A program made the position numbers and the translations under genes. A stretch of 64,000 nt of DNA from assembly GCA_964507745.1 (NCBI GenBank), contig CAZDRM010000001.1, positions 1,999 through 65,998 of the forward strand. Direction: 5' to 3'. The stretch comes from an uncultured Lachnospiraceae bacterium. GTDB taxonomy: Bacteria > Bacillota > Clostridia > Lachnospirales > Lachnospiraceae. Shown one piece after another: positions 49,510 through 59,645 of the stretch (position 1 is the first letter of the stretch; each line of letters begins with the position of its first letter). Under the pieces are notes generated by a model. That model was not told the origin of the DNA. It worked only from the letters and a program-made list of their open reading frames with translations, and did no database searches.

Positions 49510-50580
49510 CTAACGGCCCGCCAGGCTGCCGATTCGTTTCAGCAGCTGTTCTTTTATCCTGCTGTTGTCAAAATCCTTTAGCCGTTCTCTCTGGTTATTA
49601 AGCACCTTTTTCCTTAAGTCCTCATCCGTTAAAATCCGGTTCATAACGCCTGCTGCCATCCCCGGCTCCGAATCCGGCAGCAAGATCCCGCTGCCGCCGA
49701 GGGTTTCTCCTACAGCCGAACTGTTTTTTGCCACAACGGGCACATCAAAAAACATAGCCTCCAGCAAAGGCACGCAGAAGCCTTCATGGTCGCTCATGCA
49801 CAAAAACAGATCCGCACTTCTGTAATACGCCAGAATGGCAGGAAATTTTATATGTCCGGTAAACATTACATTTTTTGTTCCCAGGGCTTTTACATATTCT
49901 TTCAGACTGGCATAATAAGCGGGAATCAACTCGGGATTTCCCACCAGAATTAATCTCGATTGAGGATTATAATATTTTTGGTAGGTATCAAAAGCGGCTA
50001 TGATGTCCTCCTGCTTTTTATTGGGCACGACCCGTCCCGTAAAAATAATGTTGGTAAGGCCGTCATTCATTTGTTCCAGAACCTTCCGATCCGGCTCCTT
50101 TTCATAATCTTCAAAAGGAATCAGAATGGGAAGCACTTCGATTTCGCATCCGTATCCTAAACGAATCAATTCACTTTTATTATAGGCCGAGTCCGCAAAT
50201 GCAAATTCCGGCTTGTCCGAAAGGCCTGCCGCTTCCTTATAGCCGGCAGTACAGGCTTTTACCGTTTCTTTGTTATAGCCGAAAAAGAAATCGGGAGGCG
50301 TAATATTGTGGTATTTCACTATTTTCCTGCATTTAAGGGCGCCAAACCGGGAGTTCAGTATGTGTCCGGTGGATAAATGGTAAATCACAATATCTTCCGG
50401 CTTTATAAAAGACAGATCATCTGTACTGACCGCTATATCTGCCCCCAGCCTTTCATCAACATAATCCGCCGCCACAATACTGTCATATCCGGCTTCTTTT
50501 AAACAATTATGAACCGCAATAGCATCATTTCCCACCGCGTCCCCAAAGGCCAGAATCGGAATCATATTAATTATTTTCAT
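49510..50580 (-). CDS. GT4 glycosyltransferase
   Basis: FGDAVGN, YHNITP, GRVVPNK, SDHEGFCVPLLEAM; ATG at 50580 after AGGAG. Confidence 0.9.
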   Translation of the reverse strand: MKIINMIPILAFGDAVGNDAIAVHNCLKEAGYDSIVAADYVDERLGADIAVSTDDLSFIKPEDIVIYHLSTGHILNSRFGALKCRKIVKYHNITPPDFFFGYNKETVKACTAGYKEAAGLSDKPEFAFADSAYNKSELIRLGYGCEIEVLPILIPFEDYEKEPDRKVLEQMNDGLTNIIFTGRVVPNKKQEDIIAAFDTYQKYYNPQSRLILVGNPELIPAYYASLKEYVKALGTKNVMFTGHIKFPAILAYYRSADLFLCMSDHEGFCVPLLEAMFFDVPVVAKNSSAVGETLGGSGILLPDSEPGMAAGVMNRILTDEDLRKKVLNNQRERLKDFDNSRIKEQLLKRIGSLAGR

Positions 50581-50609
50581 GGCTTCTCCTAACCTGTTAT
50601 TTTCATTCA

Positions 50610-50694
50610 ACTGTTTCTTTCCTTTAGCTGGTTCTTTCCTTCAGTTGGTTCTTTCCTTCAACTGGTTCTTTCCTTCAACTGGTTCTTTCCTTCA
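50610..50694. repeat. 17-bp tandem repeat, five copies (consensus actggttctttccttca)
   Basis: Units begin at 50610, 50627, 50644, 50661 and 50678; the last two are identical. Confidence 0.92.
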
Positions 50695-51097
50695 ACTTAT
50701 TCATTTCTTCCTTCAGCTGTCTTACCTCTTCTTTTAACTCTTCATTTTCTTTTGCCAGACAGTCCAGCATATTTATACTGTCCACAACCGATGCGTTAAA
50801 GGCTACCTGCTTTACAATAAAGGGTCTTGCAACCATACGAACGGCTTTCAGGATTGTTTTTTTTACCGCCCTTTTAAGGAAATTTTTGCTTTGCTGGCCC
50901 TCCGGAGAGATATCCCACATTCCGTTTAAATTTACCAGTTCCCGGTGCATCATATCTTTATCATATTTTTCCGGCAGTTCCAGGAAATCCACAGCCTGAT
51001 TTACATCCGCAAATTCCAGGGGCTGGTTTTTTATGCCCTTTTCCTCGATTTCGTTCCTGATTTCCTCCATGATTTTATCCACATTAATTTCCTGCAT
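50675..51097 (-). CDS. Small helical/coiled-coil hypothetical protein, GT4-associated paralog 3
   Basis: INVDKIMEEIR N-terminus, KRAVKKTILKAVR...QVAFN, coiled-coil tail. Confidence 0.75.
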   Translation of the reverse strand: MQEINVDKIMEEIRNEIEEKGIKNQPLEFADVNQAVDFLELPEKYDKDMMHRELVNLNGMWDISPEGQQSKNFLKRAVKKTILKAVRMVARPFIVKQVAFNASVVDSINMLDCLAKENEELKEEVRQLKEEMNKLKERTS

Positions 51098-52310
51098 CCG
51101 TCTTTCCTCCGTTAAGCATTTCACAAAACTGCCCCATTATCCGGCTCCATACATAGTTTTCCTTTACATAAGCTGCAGCTTTTTTCCCCATTTCCTCATT
51201 TATGTCATAATCAAGAAGCCCTGTAAGCTTTTCCTTAAATTCCTCATAATCTGCATAGGAAAATCCGCCGCCGCTTCTTTCAACATGCCCTTTCAGCACA
51301 TTACAGTTTCCGTTCACAAGAGCCGGATTCCCGTAAGCCATGCCCTCTAAAAGGGAAATGGAAAAGCTCTCGTACCGGGAGGGCAGGCAGATAACCTTGG
51401 CTCCCTTCATCCCGTCATATTTATCCTCATCGGAAACAAAACCCACATAACGGATATCTTCTCTTTCAGGTATCTCCATAAGACTCTTTCCCATTAACAC
51501 CAACGTCAGACCTTCACTCTTTCCCACCGCATTTGCGCTTGTTTCCTCACGGCATTGGTCCTTATAACGGATAAAATGATCGACCAATTCCTTACAACCC
51601 TTATTCTCCTCTATTCTTCCCGCAAACAACAGATAATCGCCGGATATGTCATACTTTTCCCGAAACCTGTTTTCATCGGCGTTTTCTTTTACGTCAATCC
51701 CCATTCCAAGCACCCGGTTAGGCACGCTCTTATTATGAAAGTGTCTTTCTACAAAAGCTTTTTCTTCTTCCGCTAAATAAATAATCCCTTTAACCCTGTG
51801 AAACAGCTCCTTATAAATATTCATATAAATAGGCTCTTCATCATGCGCCGTGGGAACAAACCATGCCTTATCATAAACCTCTTTCGCTCCGAAATAGGCA
51901 GGATAATAGAGATAGGTCACGAAAATAAAAGCGTCATATTCATCCTTATGCTCCCTGATATAAGAAACCAGCTCCGACACATAAGGGCCTCTCGCTTTTA
52001 AACGCCGTTCCTCCAGCCATTTAAAATGAATATGAAAATTCCGCATCAATATCCCGGCGGCCCTCTGAATTACCCGGTTTCTCTTATGCTTTACGGAAAA
52101 TCTTCTTACGGTCACGCCGTTGATATCTTCAACATCGTTTTCGTAATGATCTTCCCATGTGATATAGGAAATGGCCTTGCTGGTCAGCACCTCCACAGAA
52201 CCTGCATCTCCCAGATATTTTGACAGTCTTTCCGCCATGGCTCTGGTATAGCTTTCGCTTCCGCCGGCAACTTCTACGCCGTATCTTTGATTGATAAATG
52301 CTATTTTCAT
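51084..52310 (-). CDS. GT4 glycosyltransferase
   Basis: QRYGVEVAGGSE, PTAHDE, FAGRIE, ESFSISLLEGM. Confidence 0.9.
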   Translation of the reverse strand: MKIAFINQRYGVEVAGGSESYTRAMAERLSKYLGDAGSVEVLTSKAISYITWEDHYENDVEDINGVTVRRFSVKHKRNRVIQRAAGILMRNFHIHFKWLEERRLKARGPYVSELVSYIREHKDEYDAFIFVTYLYYPAYFGAKEVYDKAWFVPTAHDEEPIYMNIYKELFHRVKGIIYLAEEEKAFVERHFHNKSVPNRVLGMGIDVKENADENRFREKYDISGDYLLFAGRIEENKGCKELVDHFIRYKDQCREETSANAVGKSEGLTLVLMGKSLMEIPEREDIRYVGFVSDEDKYDGMKGAKVICLPSRYESFSISLLEGMAYGNPALVNGNCNVLKGHVERSGGGFSYADYEEFKEKLTGLLDYDINEEMGKKAAAYVKENYVWSRIMGQFCEMLNGGKTDAGN

Positions 52311-52325
52311 TCTTGCCTCCATGGG

Positions 52326-53507
52326 TCAGACAGTTTCGTTTTCTAATAATATCTCAAAAATTCTCTTTGCGGTTTCCTCCCATGTAGGAGGAATAAAATT
52401 CTTAAGTTTCTCTTTTGCTGTCTGATAGGTTTCCGGCTTTAAAACTAATTCCGCCACCATATTTACCAGTTCTTCCGGTTTGTCCTGTCCGAAATATAAG
52501 GCGTATTCTCCGCCCACTTCCATATTGATGGGCGTATCCGCCGCAATGACGGGCACACCCCGTACCATGGATTCTATAATGGGCAGTCCATACCCCTCAA
52601 TATAGCTTGGAAAAGCAAGGGCATAGCAATGCTGGTATAAATAATCAATTTCCTCATCGGAAGCCCCGTTTACATGCCAGATGCCCTTTCCGAAATCCTC
52701 ATGCCTTTCCATTCTTTCCAAAAAATCATCTACGTTCCATCCTTTATGCCCCGCAATAACCAGATTCATGGGAAGCTCCTTTAAACCGCCCTCATAGGCA
52801 TCTAAGAGCAGCGTATGATTTTTTCTGGGGTCAATGGTTCCTACCATTAAAAGATAGGGGCCCGATTCCGCTATTTTGCTTATATCCGTTGAGATACCCT
52901 GATTTATTGTTCTTCCTGATATTTTTTTTGATGTCCTCTTAAAATCTCCGCCCAAAGGCACGATTTCTATAGGAGGGCAAGGTGCCTGCAGCCTGCCGCA
53001 TAATTCTTCCACCGCGCCTTTGGTGGCATGGGAAGTCACTATGATCTCATCCCCATACTCCACCACAGCTCCCACAAAATCCAAAAAATTAAATACATCA
53101 TCTGACGGACAGAACTGGGGATGGGTAACCCCTATAATGTCCTGTACAAAAGGAATGATTTTCACGCCTTTCGCCTTTAAGAGGGGATAGAGATAACTCC
53201 GCCTCACTCTCGTTTTCCACACGGTATCCATATCAAAAAATACGGATTCCTTTTCCATTCCCCAAAGGGGAATATGTTTTCCGGTCCGGAGCTTCCTGCG
53301 GTTTCCTTTCTTTTCCCTGCAGAAGGCTGCAAATTTTTCCCCATCAATGATTTCAAAATCATCCCGCTTCTGATGATACTCAAGAAAAATAAGCTCAAGC
53401 TTCGGATTATGATACAATTTTTTTGTAATCTCCATAACAACTCTGGGAATTCCCGTAAAATTGGTTCCCACAATTACCATAGAAATATCGATATAGATTT
53501 TTTTCAT
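52326..53507 (-). CDS. GT4 glycosyltransferase (WbdA/MtfB-like)
   Basis: TGIPRVV, VGTIDPRKNH, EGYGLPIIESM. Confidence 0.9.
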   Translation of the reverse strand: MKKIYIDISMVIVGTNFTGIPRVVMEITKKLYHNPKLELIFLEYHQKRDDFEIIDGEKFAAFCREKKGNRRKLRTGKHIPLWGMEKESVFFDMDTVWKTRVRRSYLYPLLKAKGVKIIPFVQDIIGVTHPQFCPSDDVFNFLDFVGAVVEYGDEIIVTSHATKGAVEELCGRLQAPCPPIEIVPLGGDFKRTSKKISGRTINQGISTDISKIAESGPYLLMVGTIDPRKNHTLLLDAYEGGLKELPMNLVIAGHKGWNVDDFLERMERHEDFGKGIWHVNGASDEEIDYLYQHCYALAFPSYIEGYGLPIIESMVRGVPVIAADTPINMEVGGEYALYFGQDKPEELVNMVAELVLKPETYQTAKEKLKNFIPPTWEETAKRIFEILLENETV

Positions 53508-53518
53508 AGCATCTCCGT

Positions 53519-55207
53519 TTAACAAAATAATCCCCGAATCCTGTTTTGTATGCCTGCCGGCATTTTTTTGGCAAGCTGTCTTAGAAAAATGGAACTTTTT
53601 ACCCTCGACATTCCCTGTAAGATCCGGCCCTTGAGCCCCGGCTTTATATCCCCGTAAGGACTATTTAAAACCTTTATATCCCGAATGGCAAAAGCCCCTT
53701 CCCCTGCCGCCGCATTTAATACTTCCTCTTTGCTTTTTTTCTCAAGGCTTTTCGCCTTCTGTTTATCCGGAAGCTTTTGAAAAAAAGCAAGCCAGATTCC
53801 ATCTATAAACTTCTTTCCTTCCAGTTCCGAAAACGGACGAAGGTCAACTTCTTTGGGCGCGCTTCCTATGGAAGCCTCAAAGCTTTCTCTCTCACATCCG
53901 AAAGGCGCTCCGTTTTTGGAGGCTTCCTCCGAAACCAAATCAAAAAGTCTGCCAAAAATTTCCGTACCTTGTCTCACATTTGTTTCTGATTGACCATTTA
54001 ACTGTTTTTGTTGTTTTCCCGCATCTGTGCTATTTTTAATTCTCTTGTTTTTCTCTGCGGTCTCATAAAACAGCTTTATATACTGCCTTGCAATCTTTTC
54101 CTTGCTGTAACGCAGAACGGCTTTTTTGTTTTCCTTTAAAACCGCACTCATATCCTCTATTAAATCCCCTGAACCGGATATCATCTCTGACATGGCCCTG
54201 CATAACGCTTCTGCGTCCCTTGCCGGTTCATAATAAGAAACCCTTCCCATGGTCACTTCATAAAGGGAAGTTTCCTTTGAGGATATAACGGGGCATCCTG
54301 CCGCCATGGCCTCTATAGGGGTCATACCAAAGCCTTCATACAAAGAAGGGGTTACAAACACTTTCGCATGATGGTACAAGTATTGCAGCTGGCCGTCCGA
54401 CAAAAATCCGGTCAGGACAACTCTGTCCTGTAAGTGATTTCCTTCTATATAGTCTGCAATTTCATTTGTGCCGTTCCACTTTGCCCCTGCTATAACCAGC
54501 TTCAGAGAATTTGGAACATCCGAAGTTTTTGTCAGCATATGAAAAGCCTTCACAAGTGTAATCAAATTTTTATGCTTTGCAAGGGAATTGACGCAGAGAA
54601 CAAAATCTCCCGTCTCCCCCTTTAATGCGCTTACCTTCTCTTCTCTCTCCACCTTAAAATCAATGGGATTATAAATGAGTGAAAGTTTTCCTTTTACATA
54701 TCTTCCAAAATATTTTTTGTAAGAACCTGCCACATAGCGTGAGATAGCCACTACCCCGTCCGCCTTCTTTAAGGCTTTTTTATAAAACAGCTGAAAATAA
54801 CACCTTTTTAAGGGACTGAAATATTCAGGATAATATTTGTATTGAATATCATGAGGGTTTACGACAAGAGGCATCCCCCACCTGTTGTTAAGCCCTGTCT
54901 GAAAGGTGGGAAAATACAGCAGATCCAGTTTTTCCTCCTCCGACAACCCGGGAAGATAAAAGGTCTGAAACCATATGGTCCTTACGGCATGAGGACCCTT
55001 TATGTCATAAACCCGATAGGTAAGATTAGGAAACATTTTATGATAATCCTTATAAATATCTCTATGGATAAAGTAAAGAAATTCATCCTCTGTTTCCCCT
55101 AAAGCTTTTAACTCTTCAAAGCCCTTTATCAAATTTTTCATAACCGCTTCCGTTCCGCCGTTTTTGTGGTCGGGACGGATAAAGGATAAATCGATTCCAA
55201 TTCTCAT
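53519..55207 (-). CDS. GT4 glycosyltransferase with a C-terminal extension containing a degenerate DUF4214-like unit
   Basis: GGTE, HDIQ, HKNL, EGFGMTPIEAM; tail LEGKKFIDGIWLAFFQKLPD. Confidence 0.88.
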   Translation of the reverse strand: MRIGIDLSFIRPDHKNGGTEAVMKNLIKGFEELKALGETEDEFLYFIHRDIYKDYHKMFPNLTYRVYDIKGPHAVRTIWFQTFYLPGLSEEEKLDLLYFPTFQTGLNNRWGMPLVVNPHDIQYKYYPEYFSPLKRCYFQLFYKKALKKADGVVAISRYVAGSYKKYFGRYVKGKLSLIYNPIDFKVEREEKVSALKGETGDFVLCVNSLAKHKNLITLVKAFHMLTKTSDVPNSLKLVIAGAKWNGTNEIADYIEGNHLQDRVVLTGFLSDGQLQYLYHHAKVFVTPSLYEGFGMTPIEAMAAGCPVISSKETSLYEVTMGRVSYYEPARDAEALCRAMSEMISGSGDLIEDMSAVLKENKKAVLRYSKEKIARQYIKLFYETAEKNKRIKNSTDAGKQQKQLNGQSETNVRQGTEIFGRLFDLVSEEASKNGAPFGCERESFEASIGSAPKEVDLRPFSELEGKKFIDGIWLAFFQKLPDKQKAKSLEKKSKEEVLNAAAGEGAFAIRDIKVLNSPYGDIKPGLKGRILQGMSRVKSSIFLRQLAKKMPAGIQNRIRGLFC

Positions 55208-55287
55208 ATCTGCCTCCATAAATCAACAAATCGCTGTAAACAACAGAATATGTGACTCTCGCCGCATTTGTCCAATGAGTGTCCAGG

Positions 55288-56028
55288 TTACCCGAGAATA
55301 AATTTCCCTGCTTCCATCAGGATACATTCCATAAGATACAATCTGCCATAGCCGTTATCCCGGTAACAGCCGTACCGGTCCTTAATCCGTTTGACAGACA
55401 GCTTAAGGCTTCTTTTATTGCTGGCTCCTCCCATACTGAAATCGGCAAGAACTCTGTTTATAACCTGAATCTTTTTTCCTGCCTTTTTCATGGCGAGATA
55501 AGCCCCGTAATCATCATGGATTCCCTTCTGTCTGAAAGGAAATTCCCTGTAAACAGCTGTTTTTACAAACATGGTGGGGTGGTTCCAATGTCTCGATGTT
55601 TCATACCGGGAAAGCTTTGCCTTTTTCACAATACGGCTGCCGTCCGCCTTATGTATGACAATATCCCCGAAAGTAATATCGCACTGCTTTTTAAGCATGG
55701 TCTTCACAGAAAGAGCCACAGCATCCTTTTCATACCAGTCGTCGCTGTTAATAAAGCCCATAATCTCCCCTTCTGCCATGGCGATGCCTTTATTCATGGC
55801 ATCATAAATGCCCCGGTCTTTTTCCGATATGATCCGGTACAAATACCCCTTCTCAAGAGCCTGCTCTCTGTAGCTTTCCGCAATCTCCACAGTTTTGTCG
55901 CTGCTTTTTCCATCTATGATCAGATATTCTATCCTCGGATAGGTCTGGTTCAAAACGGATTTAATTGTCTTTTCAATGGTCTTCTCACTGTTAAATGCCA
56001 CAGTGACAATCGTTACTAAGGGTTCCAT
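55288..56028 (-). CDS. GT2 glycosyltransferase
   Basis: IIDGKSSD, SEKDRGIYDAMNKG, INSDD, HPTMF. Confidence 0.92.
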   Translation of the reverse strand: MEPLVTIVTVAFNSEKTIEKTIKSVLNQTYPRIEYLIIDGKSSDKTVEIAESYREQALEKGYLYRIISEKDRGIYDAMNKGIAMAEGEIMGFINSDDWYEKDAVALSVKTMLKKQCDITFGDIVIHKADGSRIVKKAKLSRYETSRHWNHPTMFVKTAVYREFPFRQKGIHDDYGAYLAMKKAGKKIQVINRVLADFSMGGASNKRSLKLSVKRIKDRYGCYRDNGYGRLYLMECILMEAGKFILG

Positions 56029-56852
56029 TTTTCTACCTTCAATTCCTTATCATAACAAAGATTTCCAAAGGCCTTGTTGACCAGTCTGCCATACTTTCCT
56101 TTTGTTTTTCCGATGCATCTGATGGCAGGATTTAATACCCTTGTCAGGCGCACTTTCTTTCCTTTTCCCGCCGCAATGTCCTGTACCATTTTTGCCGTAT
56201 GCCCATATCTTGCATCCTGGGGAAAATAAACGCCGCTTTCGGGATTTTGTATTATCTTTTCCACTGTTTTGGCAAGATTTTCCACAGACAGAACGCTTCT
56301 TTCATTTTCTATGGCTGGAAACACCGGCATTATCTTTGCAAATTTTTCCAGAGTGCGATAATTCCCTTTACAGCCCTCCCCGTAAATCATGGGCGGGCGC
56401 AAAATCGCTATTTGAAAATCCTTATCGGCAAGGGGTCTTAAGCCTTCTTCCGCCTTTACCTTACTGTCCCCGTAAAAATTGGCGGGCGTAAGGGGCGTGT
56501 CAGCCTTTATAACCCGTTTTTCCCCTATGCCTCCGCTTTCGCCGTATACGATAATGCTGCTCATAAAAACAAATAAACCGACGCCCTGCTCCTTTGCCTT
56601 TTTTGCCGTTTCCACAGCCAGATGACAGTTTACGTCGTAATATCTTTTCTTTTCTTCTTCCGATACCTTTTCCACATCCGCATGGGCGATTCCCGCCACA
56701 TGAAATACGGCATCATATGGCGAAAAGTCATATTCTCTCCAGGCATTTCCCCTCATATCAATGGTGTCCACCTGATAGGACCTCTCCACAAGATACCGCT
56801 CCACATTCGTTCCTATATAACTGTCTTTACCGGTAATCAGTACTTTTTTCAC
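56016..56852 (-). CDS. NAD-dependent epimerase/4-reductase (CapN/WbpV-like)
   Basis: TGKDSYIG, HVAGIAH, SSIIVYG, YGDSK, RPPMIYG..CKGNY. Confidence 0.85.
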   Translation of the reverse strand: MKKVLITGKDSYIGTNVERYLVERSYQVDTIDMRGNAWREYDFSPYDAVFHVAGIAHADVEKVSEEEKKRYYDVNCHLAVETAKKAKEQGVGLFVFMSSIIVYGESGGIGEKRVIKADTPLTPANFYGDSKVKAEEGLRPLADKDFQIAILRPPMIYGEGCKGNYRTLEKFAKIMPVFPAIENERSVLSVENLAKTVEKIIQNPESGVYFPQDARYGHTAKMVQDIAAGKGKKVRLTRVLNPAIRCIGKTKGKYGRLVNKAFGNLCYDKELKVEKWNP

Positions 56853-57448
56853 TCTTTCATCGCTCCCGTACCGCCTTCTACAACGCCTTCGCTTTTCAGC
56901 ACGCTTAAAAAGGTTCCAAAAAAGCAGCGCAAGTCCATGAAAAATCCCATTTTCTCTTTATATTCCCCATCCAGCCTGGCCTTTACGGGGATTTCCAGCT
57001 CATCCCTGCCGTTAATCTGCGCCCAGCCCGTCAGTCCCGGTCTGATGTCATTTGCCCCGTACTTATCCCGCTCCTCAATTAAATCGTATTGATTATAAAG
57101 AGCCGGTCTGGGACCTACCACCGCCATATCTCCCTTTAAAATATTGATCAGCTGGGGCAGTTCATCCAGGCTTGTCTTACGCAAAAATTTTCCGGTCTTT
57201 GTAATATACTGCTCCGGATTTTTCAGAAGGTGTGTAGGCATGTCCTTGGGCGTATCCGTCCGCATGGTTCTGAATTTTAAAATCATAAAATGCTTTTTGT
57301 GAATGCCCACCCGCTTCTGTTGAAAGAATACCGGACCTTTTGATTCCGCTTTAACAGCAACGGACAATATCAAAAAAACAGGGGAAAGCACAAGCAGTCC
57401 TATAAGTGAAAGCAAAAAATCCACAATGCGTTTCCATTTCTGATACAT
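56849..57448 (-). CDS. Initiating phosphoglycosyl transferase (monotopic PglC/CapM-type)
   Basis: KR..D, FFQQKRVG, KFRTM, LRKTSLDELPQL, VGPRP, PGLTGWAQINGR. Confidence 0.93.
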   Translation of the reverse strand: MYQKWKRIVDFLLSLIGLLVLSPVFLILSVAVKAESKGPVFFQQKRVGIHKKHFMILKFRTMRTDTPKDMPTHLLKNPEQYITKTGKFLRKTSLDELPQLINILKGDMAVVGPRPALYNQYDLIEERDKYGANDIRPGLTGWAQINGRDELEIPVKARLDGEYKEKMGFFMDLRCFFGTFLSVLKSEGVVEGGTGAMKE

Positions 57449-57534
57449 GTTCTCCTCCTGTTAATACGTTTATAACGCCCTTATTCCTGTACCTCTTGAC
57501 CACAGCTTCATTCCCGCATGCTTTGATTGCCGTC

Positions 57535-59433
57535 TCAATTCTCCTTCTCTTCGACGTTATCAATGGTATAGGTAGGCACAATTCGGCTGACAACCTCTTT
57601 GATTTCGGGAGAGTCTTTTAAGGATGCCTCTTCAAGAGCCTTAAGCCCTTTGGCAAACTCTTCCTCATCCAGCTCAATAGGCTTGCCGATGTGAATCATC
57701 TTGTTGGCCGTAGCCGTCAGCCCCTCTTCATCCATCAAAAGCTCCTCATACATCTTCTCGCCGGGACGAAGCCCCGTAAATTCAATTTTAATATCCTCGT
57801 CCACCTTGTAGCCCGAAAGCTTAATGAGGTTTTTGGCAAGGTCTAAAATCTTAACCGGTTCTCCCATATCCAGCACGAAGATTTCCCCGCCCTTTGCATA
57901 GGCTCCTGCCTGCAGTACAAGGGAAACCGCCTCCGGGATCGTCATAAAATAACGGATGATATCCGGATGGGTAACCGTAACCGGTCCTCCTGCTTCAATC
58001 TGCTTTTTGAACAAGGGAATCACACTGCCGTTACTGCCCAGAACATTGCCGAAGCGCACCGCTACAAAGTCCGTTTTTGAATGCTTGTCCATGGTCTGGA
58101 TGATCATTTCACAGATTCGCTTGGAGGCTCCCATAATATTAGTTGGATTTACCGCCTTATCCGTAGAAATCATAACAAATTTTTTAACGCCGTATTTATC
58201 AGCCGCCACAGCGGTTTTTAAGGTTCCGAAAACATTATTTTTAATAGCCTCATTTGGGCTTTCCTCCATTAAGGGTACATGCTTATGTGCCGCTGCATGG
58301 TAGATAATGTCCGGCCTGTGTTCCTTCATAATACTGTTCATGCGGTGGGTATTGCGCACCGAAGCAATCAGTACCGTTAAATCCAGCTGGGGATGCTCTC
58401 GGTTTAATTCCTGCTGTACCTCATAGGTAGTATTCTCATAAATATCCACAATTATCAATTTCTTTGGATTATGTGATGCCACCTGCCTGCATATTTCACT
58501 GCCTATAGAGCCGCCGCCCCCTGTAACCAGAACCGTTTTATTTTCCACATAACCAAGAATTTCATCAATATTGACTTCTACGGGTTCCCTGCCCAAAAGA
58601 TCCTCAATATCCACTTCACGCAGCTTGGATACATTAACGTCCCCGTTAATCAACTGGTATACCCCCGGCAGAATACGCATTTTGCAGCCGGTATCACGGC
58701 AGATTTCCAGAATTCCCTTCATCTGGGATCTCTTTGCCGAAGGGAGGGCAATAATAATCTCGCTGACATTATACTTTTCCACATTATCCAGTATGGTATT
58801 CCTGTCTCCTACAATAGGCACGCCTCTTAAATACTTGCCGTGGCAGATAGGATTGTCGTCTATGACGCAGACCGGATTCATCCTTAAGTAGCTGCTGGTC
58901 TGGATTTCCTTAATAATGGTATTTCCCGATGCCCCGGCTCCTACGATCATGCAGTTGATATCCGAAGCCTTCTGCATGCCATGAATCCGCCTGTGCTGCA
59001 GCACGCGCAGAATGCGATAGGAAAAACGGGTACCGGCAGAAAAAGCCAGCATAAAAAATCCATAGAAAAATGGATAGCTGAAGGGCATCCTGACTCCCAT
59101 AACCAGGAAAATGACCGGCTGAATCAGGGCGCAGATAAATACAGCTACCAGTATATTAAACAGCTCCGAATCGCTGGCATATCTCCAGACGCTCTTATAA
59201 AGCCGGAACAGCCAGTATATCAGAATGGTAATGATCACATTAATGGGAAAGGCCTCCATGACCGTATTAATAAACAGCCTGGGAATATCCATAAATTTAA
59301 AATCGTATCTGATATATAATGACAATATCCCCGCCGCAAACATGCCGCAGATATCCATAAGAGTCAGTATAATTATTCTATTGAGCGGTATATCCAGAAT
59401 TTTATCCTTAATAAACTTTTTCATAGCTTTCAT
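57535..59433 (-). CDS. capD: CapD/PglF-type UDP-GlcNAc 4,6-dehydratase
   Basis: Four N-terminal TMs, DLLGR, GGGGSIGSE, HAAAHKHVP, STDKAV, RFGNVLGS, RPGEK. Confidence 0.92.
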   Translation of the reverse strand: MKAMKKFIKDKILDIPLNRIIILTLMDICGMFAAGILSLYIRYDFKFMDIPRLFINTVMEAFPINVIITILIYWLFRLYKSVWRYASDSELFNILVAVFICALIQPVIFLVMGVRMPFSYPFFYGFFMLAFSAGTRFSYRILRVLQHRRIHGMQKASDINCMIVGAGASGNTIIKEIQTSSYLRMNPVCVIDDNPICHGKYLRGVPIVGDRNTILDNVEKYNVSEIIIALPSAKRSQMKGILEICRDTGCKMRILPGVYQLINGDVNVSKLREVDIEDLLGREPVEVNIDEILGYVENKTVLVTGGGGSIGSEICRQVASHNPKKLIIVDIYENTTYEVQQELNREHPQLDLTVLIASVRNTHRMNSIMKEHRPDIIYHAAAHKHVPLMEESPNEAIKNNVFGTLKTAVAADKYGVKKFVMISTDKAVNPTNIMGASKRICEMIIQTMDKHSKTDFVAVRFGNVLGSNGSVIPLFKKQIEAGGPVTVTHPDIIRYFMTIPEAVSLVLQAGAYAKGGEIFVLDMGEPVKILDLAKNLIKLSGYKVDEDIKIEFTGLRPGEKMYEELLMDEEGLTATANKMIHIGKPIELDEEEFAKGLKALEEASLKDSPEIKEVVSRIVPTYTIDNVEEKEN

Positions 59434-59548
59434 TTTAACATTATTACTTCCTAAAGTAAATATTTCTTAGCCTTCATCCCCAATTTCATCCCAGATTTAT
59501 ACATTTTTCGATTTGGATTGATACATATATGATTTCGGATTTTACAAA

Positions 59549-59605
59549 AAAAGGTACTCTGTAAGTTTTTCCAAAAAGAGGAAAAATCATGCAGAAGTAC
59601 CTTTT
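59549..59605 (-). terminator. Probable terminator after 59646..61895
   Basis: Inverted repeat aaaaggtact / agtacctttt with inner ttttcc/ggaaaa pairing and an A-run. Confidence 0.55.
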
Positions 59606-59645
59606 ATAATCTTATATTCCTTTTAGACTCTTTAAGCCGCTTTTA

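Noticed and set aside
50610-50694. Possible CRISPR array
   Set aside because: Units are contiguous 17-mers with no spacers, and no cas genes are present
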